This document shows, piece by piece, positions 54,263-61,879 of a stretch of 64,000 nt of DNA. The first letter of the stretch is position 1, and each line of letters starts with the position of its first letter. Made by a program: the position numbers and the translations under genes. Source of the stretch: an uncultured virus (IMG/VR IMGVR_UViG_3300044653_000122) (Duplodnaviria > Heunggongvirae > Uroviricota > Caudoviricetes); IMG/VR virus record IMGVR_UViG_3300044653_000122; one strand, given 5' to 3'. The notes beneath the pieces are model-generated. The model had not been told where the DNA came from and did not search any database. It saw only the letters and a program-made list of their open reading frames with translations.

Positions 54263-54660
54263 GGATCCTTTTTCTCCCCCATCTTGGCCTTGATCGCTTT
54301 GAAGTGGGTGGTGTTGAGCCGGCGATGCTCCTCTCCAGCCTCCCGCAACAGCCCCAAGAAGGCCTCAAAAAATTCAGGCATGCCGGCGCGATCGACCCAG
54401 GCAGACTGGACACTTTCGGTGGCCTTGGCAAGAGTATCAAGCTGGCGGAGGGTGACCTCGATGTCGGCGTACTCCTTGCCATTAGGATCCTTCTCGAACG
54501 AGAACCTGGCGGCGTTAAGAATGGCGTTGGGCCCCGGGATGATGAGACCCTGGACCGCACGGTCGTAATGGCTCTCGCAGGCTTTGGCGAGAGCTTCGAC
54601 CTCCTCCCGTGAGAGACGGAGCATCGTGAGAACCTGGTACTTGAAGTAGACACGCTCCAT
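54259..54660 (-). CDS. hypothetical protein
   Basis: AGGAG SD, stop/start overlap. Confidence 0.6.
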   Translation of the reverse strand: MERVYFKYQVLTMLRLSREEVEALAKACESHYDRAVQGLIIPGPNAILNAARFSFEKDPNGKEYADIEVTLRQLDTLAKATESVQSAWVDRAGMPEFFEAFLGLLREAGEEHRRLNTTHFKAIKAKMGEKKDP

Positions 54661-55001
54661 CACGACTCCTGCGGCAAGGTATCTTCGAAGGTCTCGTGCT
54701 GCTCGCCGACCAGCTCGATGTTGGCGTCGATTCTCCCGGTCGCTACGGCGAGTCGGAGGGTGATGTTGTTTCCAGGACCAAGCTGGTTTGCCAACCAACC
54801 GACGCAGGGTTGCTCCGCATCGACAGCGAACTCGTGACAGGCCATGATGCGGAAAACGCCGGTTTTGGGGCGTAGCGAACCAGGTTTGGCGATCGTTCGC
54901 TGGAGCGCGACGTGCTTCTCCGGATCGTAATCATTGGGGATGTCATAGGGGTTGACATCCTTGCGCCAAGGGCACTTCTTACACTGCTTGCGGGACATCA
55001 C
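54660..55001 (-). CDS. CxxCP..CH..C.G protein (DUF6283-like)
   Basis: QCKKCPWRKD, MACHE, CVGWL. Confidence 0.7.
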   Translation of the reverse strand: MMSRKQCKKCPWRKDVNPYDIPNDYDPEKHVALQRTIAKPGSLRPKTGVFRIMACHEFAVDAEQPCVGWLANQLGPGNNITLRLAVATGRIDANIELVGEQHETFEDTLPQES

Positions 55002-55387
55002 ACCCTCTTCTTTCTCCGAGGAGATTCATCCCCCAGCATGGCCTCGTACATCTCGTCGAAGGACTCGAAGATGGGGGCCCCCATGTCGAGTTTCTCTGGA
55101 TCGTACAACCCAAGGCGCTGGGCGATGCGCATCATCTGACTCGACCGCCCCTCCTTCTCCAGAAGGATGAGGGCTCCAGCACAATGGATGGAGTCCTTGG
55201 TCACGATGCGCTCCGGGTTCCCCTCTTCATCCTCGTGGTCCTCGGTGGTCTTGTGGCAAGGGAACTCGGCGCGGATCAGAGACCTCTCGATCTCTCGAAC
55301 CCTCTCAGCACGGAGGAAGGGTCGGATATCCTTGCGGAAAGGGCAATTCGCACAAGGGGTCGTCATGCTATAGGGCTTGGTCGACAT
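54998..55387 (-). CDS. CxxCP..CH..C.G protein (DUF6283-like), tandem paralog
   Basis: PCANCPFRKD, FPCHKT, CAGAL. Confidence 0.7.
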   Translation of the reverse strand: MSTKPYSMTTPCANCPFRKDIRPFLRAERVREIERSLIRAEFPCHKTTEDHEDEEGNPERIVTKDSIHCAGALILLEKEGRSSQMMRIAQRLGLYDPEKLDMGAPIFESFDEMYEAMLGDESPRRKKRV

Positions 55388-55388
55388 C

Positions 55389-55895
55389 TCAGTAGACCCC
55401 CAGAGCCTTGGCGAGCTTGTCCGCGATGAGGCCGGCGCCCGCCGCCCCATTGAAGGTCTTGACCATGAAAAGGCACATGTGCAGCATGGCGGACCCGTCG
55501 CCGCCGGGCTCACCGTGCTTCGGTTGGAGGATCAGCTCGATGCACACAATGTGACCCTCGGAGCCGCCGTGGCGCGCGTAGACGCAGACGCCACTGTGCT
55601 CCGGGCACTCGGTCTCGGGGGTGAGCTTTCCGACGCCGTACTTGAAGGCCTGCCCGAGAGTCGCCCACTCGTAGTCCATCCCCGCGATGATCGCGTGAAG
55701 ATCCGCCGCGATGGCGTTGACCGGACGACCTTTTTCTCGTTTGATGTAGGTCGTCTGGCGACCAGAGGTGTCCTTGAGGTAGCGGTAGATGTCGAGCGGG
55801 ACTTCCGCTGCGGAGGGACATAGGGAGCCAAAGAGGGCTGGCCCCTGGTTGTCGACGCCGGGGATTGGGAACCGGATTTCGATCTGCTGCTCCAT
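55389..55895 (-). CDS. hypothetical protein
   Basis: packed ORF with GAGG SD. Confidence 0.6.
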   Translation of the reverse strand: MEQQIEIRFPIPGVDNQGPALFGSLCPSAAEVPLDIYRYLKDTSGRQTTYIKREKGRPVNAIAADLHAIIAGMDYEWATLGQAFKYGVGKLTPETECPEHSGVCVYARHGGSEGHIVCIELILQPKHGEPGGDGSAMLHMCLFMVKTFNGAAGAGLIADKLAKALGVY

Positions 55896-55924
55896 GCAGC
55901 CTCTACAGCCCGAGAGGGCCCCGA

Positions 55925-56284
55925 TCAAAGATGGTCTTTCACCCAGTTGCGGAGGGTCATCGGGTCGGATCCTTTCTCGAAAAACCGGACCCCCAATCGC
56001 TGAGCATCCTCGCGGAGGTTGAGGTTGCCCGAGCATAGCAACACGGGGATGTTCGCCAGCGTCGCGTCCAGCTTCATGGCTTCGATCAGCTCGGGCCCTT
56101 GCATGAGGGGCATCTCGCCGTCCGTGACGACCACGGCAGGACGAAGATCCGCTTGAAGCAGATCGAGGGCCTCTCTACCCGTCCAGGCTTCGTAGACCTC
56201 AGCCAGATCCCGGAGGATCCGCTTCGTGGTGGAGCGCATGATCGCATCGTCGTCGACGAGGAGAATGATTTTTCGATCGGTCAT
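55925..56284 (-). CDS. single-domain response regulator receiver
   Basis: ILLVDDD, VVTDGEMPLMQG, IPVLLCSG, FEK. Confidence 0.9.
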   Translation of the reverse strand: MTDRKIILLVDDDAIMRSTTKRILRDLAEVYEAWTGREALDLLQADLRPAVVVTDGEMPLMQGPELIEAMKLDATLANIPVLLCSGNLNLREDAQRLGVRFFEKGSDPMTLRNWVKDHL

Positions 56285-56381
56285 GGTGTTTCTACTCGGC
56301 GGGCGGGGATCGATCAAGATCCCCCAGGTAGATACACCGAAGACCTGCGGAAACCACAGGTCTTCACAAGCTGTGGAAAAC

Positions 56382-57005
56382 CTACTTGATGAACTGACGC
56401 CAGGCCTGAGAGACGACAGCGCCTTCGGCAAATTCCCCGCGGTAGTGGCCGACCTTGTTGTAAGGGTTTTCGATGGGGCCGACGACCGTGTGGAAGCGGA
56501 CCTGACCGATGCGCATCCCGGGGAAGATTCGGATCGGGTGCGCCGCCTTGACCTCCAGCGTGAACTGGCCGTCGAAGAAGGGATCTCCATAGCCCGCCGT
56601 TACGTGAACGGTGATGAATAGCCTCCCAGTGGAGGACTTTCCGTCCAGGACGGGTACGAACCCGTTGGCGCGAATACGTTCCTTGGTGTGCATCAGGTAG
56701 CCGATGCCCGGTTTCACCACCCAGCCATGCTCGGGGCTCATCTTGAACCGCCTGAGCTGGGGTTCCTTGCGAATGTCGTGGATCCGGTTGGTGGGCGTGA
56801 AGTGGCGGCCGTCAAGATCGGGGAGATCCCTGTGCTCCGACGGGTACGTTTCAACCCAGTGGTCGTAGACGGCAACCTCCTCCCCCAGGAGGACATCGTA
56901 ACTTGAACCGTTGAGCTGCTCGGGGGTGAACGGGTCGATCAGGATGTCGCCGCTCTCTTGGGCCGCTTTGATGCTACTGTCGGAGAGAATGCCGCCGTTT
57001 TCCAC
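56382..57005 (-). CDS. dcd: dCTP deaminase
   Basis: QLNGSSYDV, DGKSSTGRL, HVTAGYGDPFFDGQFTLE. Confidence 0.92.
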   Translation of the reverse strand: MENGGILSDSSIKAAQESGDILIDPFTPEQLNGSSYDVLLGEEVAVYDHWVETYPSEHRDLPDLDGRHFTPTNRIHDIRKEPQLRRFKMSPEHGWVVKPGIGYLMHTKERIRANGFVPVLDGKSSTGRLFITVHVTAGYGDPFFDGQFTLEVKAAHPIRIFPGMRIGQVRFHTVVGPIENPYNKVGHYRGEFAEGAVVSQAWRQFIK

Positions 57006-57038
57006 GGCAACGTCCTTACACCGAATTGATCGAATCGA

Positions 57039-57344
57039 TTAGCCAACGCGGCCCGCAAAGCCAGCAACCTGCTCCCAGCCCGAACCTCCGTGAGATCGGG
57101 ACGATCCTGGCCCGAACCAGCGGTCGTGAGAGGACGAAGAGATGGTCCTGATGCGTCTCTCGGACGGGCGCTCGACCATCGCGAAGCCGTACTCCTTGAG
57201 GCCACGGATGGCGGGTGTAGGAAGGGAGAAGCCAAGTGCCTGGGCCAGCTCGCACGCCTCCTCAAATGTGAAGGTCGTCCGCCCCTCCTCCAACAAGAAC
57301 TCCCCGAAACTTTCGATGGATTGCATTTCAGGGGTGGTCGACAT
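57039..57344 (-). CDS. hypothetical protein
   Basis: packed ORF. Confidence 0.55.
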   Translation of the reverse strand: MSTTPEMQSIESFGEFLLEEGRTTFTFEEACELAQALGFSLPTPAIRGLKEYGFAMVERPSERRIRTISSSSHDRWFGPGSSRSHGGSGWEQVAGFAGRVG

Positions 57345-57378
57345 GGACTCTCTACAGCCCAAGGACTAGCCGATCAAA

Positions 57379-57936
57379 ATGTCTCTACTCCAAGTGCGCC
57401 ACTTTCCGGACCCGATCCTTAAGAAGGTCTGCGAGCCCGTGCATGAGATCGACGACGGCCTGCGCATGTTCCTCGTGGACATGGCCGAGACGATGATCGC
57501 CCAGAAGGGGGTAGGTCTCGCGGCCCCTCAAGTTGGCCGCTCGCAGCGGTTCTTCGTGGTCGACATCTGGTGGCCCTCCGACCAGGACGACAAGACCCTG
57601 ATTTTCATCAATCCGAAGATCACAGCGTACGAAGGCTCACAGCGTGGGCTGGAGGGGTGTCTTTCGATCCCCGGCGTCTTCGAGCACGTCACCCGGGCAC
57701 AGAAGATTCGTGTGGTGGCGCAGGATATCAACAGCCAGGTCTTCGAGCTGGACGCAGAGGGATTTCTTGCGGTCGCCATTCAACACGAGTTCGACCACCT
57801 GAACGGCGTGCTGACGTTTGACCGTCTCGGCCCCCTCGCGAGAAAGATGGCCACGAAGAAGTACGATCAGGCCAGCGAGGCACGTGCCCGGGACCGTAAG
57901 GGTGGTCCTCAGCTCTCGGTTGCGAAGAGACCCTAG
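57379..57936 (+). CDS. def: peptide deformylase
   Basis: GVGLAAPQVG, EGCLSIP, QHEFDHLNG. Confidence 0.96.
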   Translation: MSLLQVRHFPDPILKKVCEPVHEIDDGLRMFLVDMAETMIAQKGVGLAAPQVGRSQRFFVVDIWWPSDQDDKTLIFINPKITAYEGSQRGLEGCLSIPGVFEHVTRAQKIRVVAQDINSQVFELDAEGFLAVAIQHEFDHLNGVLTFDRLGPLARKMATKKYDQASEARARDRKGGPQLSVAKRP

Positions 57937-58559
57937 CCCGGCAGGTGATGCTTGCGGACGACCTCTTGGTATGAGGGCGTCACCGTAAGTGTCGTGAGCG
58001 GGCCGTTTTGCTTGACGTGCATCTTGGCCCTCTCCATTTCGTGGGCGGCCCTCAAGTACCGTCCCTCCAGATCCCGGTTTTGATCGCGTCGGACCGGATC
58101 ATCCTCGTCCGCGTTGTTCTCCGCGTACCGCTCGGCCGCACCGTAGAAGTGGCCGGCGAGTTGGTGGATGATGTGCTCCTGGAGCTTGTGATTTGGGGCT
58201 ACCAACCCGCGGGGGTCGGAGACTGTGATTGGGTTTTTCTTCCCAAAGGTCTGAACCATGAGGGCGGCCCAGGAAGGCTCGAACCACTGTTTGCGGGGGT
58301 CAAAGACAACGTCGGCATGGCTGGCGGGAACCTGCGGCGCTCTGCCCCCTTGTTCTCTTTCGATCTTGTCCAGGACAGCGAGCTGTTTGTCTGAGAGGGG
58401 GGAGCGCCCGGCCTGGCGATGGAGCGACACGAGGAAGTTGGAGCGTTGCCAACCAGGGATGGCCTCAATGCGCTTCAGGATTTCCTCTTTGTTGACGATC
58501 TGCTCGGCGACCTTGTGGTCGAGGAACCGCTGGGCGACCCTCTGGGCAAGAATGTCCAT
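57933..58559 (-). CDS. hypothetical protein (MDILAQRVAQRF N-terminus)
   Basis: shared N-terminal motif; FL.SL..Q...LS.KQ pattern. Confidence 0.7.
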   Translation of the reverse strand: MDILAQRVAQRFLDHKVAEQIVNKEEILKRIEAIPGWQRSNFLVSLHRQAGRSPLSDKQLAVLDKIEREQGGRAPQVPASHADVVFDPRKQWFEPSWAALMVQTFGKKNPITVSDPRGLVAPNHKLQEHIIHQLAGHFYGAAERYAENNADEDDPVRRDQNRDLEGRYLRAAHEMERAKMHVKQNGPLTTLTVTPSYQEVVRKHHLPG

Positions 58560-58567
58560 GTTCGACC

Positions 58568-59278
58568 TCAGTGGGAGTTCCAGCGAACGCCGAGCTGTTC
58601 CCAGACCTTGCGAAGATCCATGCCGGTCATGTGTCCGGCCACGCTCATGTTGGACTTCAGCCAGGTGTAGAAGACAGTCCCGTCTTGTTTCTTCGCGGGC
58701 CAGTAACTCGTGTCCTGGTGCATCCCGTGAGCTGGCTTGGGCCGTCCTTCAGCGTCCAAGGCGCTCATGACCTGGCTGTCCGTGACATGGAAGTCCTGCG
58801 GGGACGCCGTGATTCGCAGCCAGGACCCGTCCGGGAACTTGTTGTGCAGCTCGATTTTCGTCCCCATCGGCTCGACGTCCACGCCACGGTAGCTCGTCTC
58901 GGTGAGGTTGTAGATCGGGCGCCCGTTGGCTCCTGCATGCTCCTGCATGACCTTCTCCAGGTACGCTTTCGCCTGGTCGTAGGTCATGGACAGCGTCGTC
59001 TTGACGGCGTGCTGGATGATACGGATCGCGATGTCGTCGTCATGGGTGTCCGGGATCACGCGCAGCTCGCGTACCTTCTTCCCCCGCTTGCCCGCGTTGG
59101 CCATCTCGGTGATGGACAGGCTGCCGTGCCAGTGGTGGTACTTGAGGCCGTGTGGACTGAAGGTCTCCTTGCCAAGTTCGAGGGCTTCCCGATAACGGGT
59201 CGCGACCTTCTCAGCGATGGCGAGGTCTCGGCCCTTCTGGCAGGGGCAAGAGGCTGAGCAAGCGTGCTTGTCGATCAT
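58568..59278 (-). CDS. hypothetical protein (IAEKVATRY motif)
   Basis: GGAG SD; shared motif. Confidence 0.7.
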   Translation of the reverse strand: MIDKHACSASCPCQKGRDLAIAEKVATRYREALELGKETFSPHGLKYHHWHGSLSITEMANAGKRGKKVRELRVIPDTHDDDIAIRIIQHAVKTTLSMTYDQAKAYLEKVMQEHAGANGRPIYNLTETSYRGVDVEPMGTKIELHNKFPDGSWLRITASPQDFHVTDSQVMSALDAEGRPKPAHGMHQDTSYWPAKKQDGTVFYTWLKSNMSVAGHMTGMDLRKVWEQLGVRWNSH

Positions 59279-59290
59279 CGATGGTCTCCG

Positions 59291-60079
59291 TCAGAAGGTC
59301 GGTCCGAGGGTTGGCACCCAAAGGTCTTGGGTGAAACTCCAGGTGAGATAGGCGGGCGTGAAGAGGCAAAAACCCTCAGAGCCCCAGTCCGTACCCCAGG
59401 AGTTCTTGACGAGAAAGTTGGTGCCGTCCCAACCGACAACGACCATGCAATGACCTCCCGCGATGGTGTCGGTCGGGCTTGGGACATCCATGGGGCCGCT
59501 GCCCACGAGGTTTTCGAAGGCAGTAGATACGTTGGTACCGAAAACGACGGGGTGCTGAGTGCTCAGGGCTGTGATGATGTCGTTGAGCCGATCCTGTCCG
59601 AGTGTGTCGATCCGGTAAGCACCCGAAATAGTGTGACCGAGGGCTTCTTGCTGAGCGGCCAACGAGGGGCTCGTTGTCGCGAGACTGTCCTCATATGGCC
59701 AGGTGGCTTCTTGGCAGACCCCCAACGACGCGATGACGTTGAAGGCATCGCGAACGTAGCAGCCGGTGTTCTGATCGAGAAGACCTTCCTGGGTCCGCGC
59801 CATAGCCCAGACGAACATGCGGGAGAGGACGGTTGGCTGGTAGCCAGCAGCGCCGAGATGGGTAATGTTCTCCAGGATTTCCAGCGCCTCGCAGGTGGCG
59901 TTCCCTACACACGAGGGTAGATCGTACTGGTTCATGGCCACGCAAAACGGCGCAAGACTCACGGACGCGGAGGCCCCTGTCTTGAGCTTCTTCTTGAGGT
60001 GCACCGCAAGCTCGGAGAACTTCTTGTCTTGACCGTGGAGATCGGTCGGATCCGGCTTCCAGGCAAACGTTCGGCCCAT
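59291..60079 (-). CDS. papain-like (C1) cysteine peptidase
   Basis: Q....SC, GGHCMVVVGW, VKNSWG. Confidence 0.9.
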   Translation of the reverse strand: MGRTFAWKPDPTDLHGQDKKFSELAVHLKKKLKTGASASVSLAPFCVAMNQYDLPSCVGNATCEALEILENITHLGAAGYQPTVLSRMFVWAMARTQEGLLDQNTGCYVRDAFNVIASLGVCQEATWPYEDSLATTSPSLAAQQEALGHTISGAYRIDTLGQDRLNDIITALSTQHPVVFGTNVSTAFENLVGSGPMDVPSPTDTIAGGHCMVVVGWDGTNFLVKNSWGTDWGSEGFCLFTPAYLTWSFTQDLWVPTLGPTF

Positions 60080-60123
60080 GCTCGGGCCGCTCGATAAGTT
60101 CCCTATGAGGCCTTAGTCTCTGA

Positions 60124-61599
60124 ATGGATCCGCTCGCGCACCGAGTCGTCGCCCGGTTTCTCTCAGCCGATGCGCATCTCTGGACACAGGCTCAGGCTGA
60201 CCTTCGGGTCTTCAACGAGAGATACGCTGAAGCACAACACCTGAAAGAGCCTCTCGACAACACAGGAGAGAAACTCCTTAACGACTTTGCGTTCCGCAAG
60301 AACGGGACAGCCCCTTCCTTTGTCGACACAGGGTTCCAAAAATGGGCATCTTATGCCTTTGGGGTCGCGGATATTGACGACCCCGATGCCTACCGTCCGA
60401 TGGGCGTGGACATTCTGAAGGTTGTCGATGGGAAGCGTCCCCTACGAGAGTTCCTCCACGATCTCGATCGATACAAGGATGCGCTCCAGGCCGTTCTTCA
60501 CGCCACAGCGCCAACTAACTTCGAGTACCAGGGGTTCAAGATCACGAACCCGGAACATATCGGGGATACCCAAGCCCGACGGATGCTGGAAGGCGTGGAC
60601 TACGTTGCCGCGCTCTTTAAGACACGCGGACTGGACCATCTTCTCCGTCAAGGTCTGACCTCGATCGACCTGGCTCTCGATCTCGGAGGAAACACCCACG
60701 GGCTCTATCACTCGAACACGCGGCACATCTCTCTTTCAGCTAAGGCTATTGCGGGGTCGGGCAGGACAAGCCTCAAGTGGATCAACGAGGTATTCCTTCA
60801 CGAATTCGGGCATTTCGTACACCTTCACTACCTCTCGAAGGACGCCAAAGAGGTCTGGGACCACGGATGGGCAGAAGTTCACCAGAAGAGGCAGGAAGTG
60901 GACACCCTCTTCAAAAACATCTCCCAAGGGGAACGCCAGAGGTTTTTCGACCTCGTCAAGGCGTCCAACTGGGACGTGGGCTCAGCGTCGAAGAAGCTCA
61001 AGGGGGTTGACAAGGTGAAGTTTGGGGTGTGGTTGCGGACTCCAATGGTGGGCGACCCTCTCATCACCGACAAGCAATTTAGGCTCACAATGCAGGGAAA
61101 AATCACATTTACCTTTCTCAAGGACCCGGACAAGTTCATTGCAGACAACTACCAGATGGAGCCGGGCACTGAGAAGCACAAGAGGCAAGCACAGCTTCTT
61201 CAAAAGCGTGCACTAGACAAGCTTGGACTCCTCTGGGGCGGCAACTACCATGTCCCCACAGCGGTCGTGGATGAGATGGCGAAGGCGGATCCTGAGATGA
61301 ACAAGGCCGTCGAAGAAGCGATGGCAAAGCTGGAGATCGTTACCGACTACGGCAAAACGAACGAGAAGGAAGACTTCGCGGAGTCGTTCGTAGCTTTCGT
61401 CGGAGCGCCGAGCCAGCTCACCCCCACTGCCAAGTTCCGCATGCAGCAGGCCCTCGCACTATCGGGCCTTTACGGTAAGCACGTGATGCATCTCGCGAGC
61501 ACAGGAGATTTTCTCCTTATGGCCGAAGCTCTTCGAGAAGACCTATGCGCCGTGCCCTACTCCTACCAGCGCTCCTCGTCCTCGGCTGCAACGCCGTAA
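60124..61599 (+). CDS. zincin-like metallopeptidase domain protein (MDPLAHRVVARF N-terminus)
   Basis: FLHEFGH, YGKTNEKEDFAESF. Confidence 0.8.
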   Translation: MDPLAHRVVARFLSADAHLWTQAQADLRVFNERYAEAQHLKEPLDNTGEKLLNDFAFRKNGTAPSFVDTGFQKWASYAFGVADIDDPDAYRPMGVDILKVVDGKRPLREFLHDLDRYKDALQAVLHATAPTNFEYQGFKITNPEHIGDTQARRMLEGVDYVAALFKTRGLDHLLRQGLTSIDLALDLGGNTHGLYHSNTRHISLSAKAIAGSGRTSLKWINEVFLHEFGHFVHLHYLSKDAKEVWDHGWAEVHQKRQEVDTLFKNISQGERQRFFDLVKASNWDVGSASKKLKGVDKVKFGVWLRTPMVGDPLITDKQFRLTMQGKITFTFLKDPDKFIADNYQMEPGTEKHKRQAQLLQKRALDKLGLLWGGNYHVPTAVVDEMAKADPEMNKAVEEAMAKLEIVTDYGKTNEKEDFAESFVAFVGAPSQLTPTAKFRMQQALALSGLYGKHVMHLASTGDFLLMAEALREDLCAVPYSYQRSSSSAATP

Positions 61600-61868
61600 G
61601 CCCAAACCCCACCCCACCACCGGATACGGATCTCTGCCCGGCGATGTGTCAACACATCGGCCCTGTGGGCGGAGGGGGTCTGGGGTGCACACAAGGGAAC
61701 CCCATCTACTCGTCATCACTTCCGGGTGACGCGGGGGCCCCAAACATGAGCTGCACCCAGTTCTGCCAGCACCAGCAGGCGAACGGTGTCTTCGTCAACC
61801 CTCGGTGCGTGATGCAGGTCTCCGAGTGTGATCAGATCGAGGCTGCTCGGGCAAAGACCTGCAACTGA
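61545..61868 (+). CDS. Cys-rich lipoprotein
   Basis: lipobox LGC, DAG motif. Confidence 0.7.
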   Translation: MRRALLLPALLVLGCNAVSPNPTPPPDTDLCPAMCQHIGPVGGGGLGCTQGNPIYSSSLPGDAGAPNMSCTQFCQHQQANGVFVNPRCVMQVSECDQIEAARAKTCN

Positions 61869-61879
61869 CGGAGTGATCG

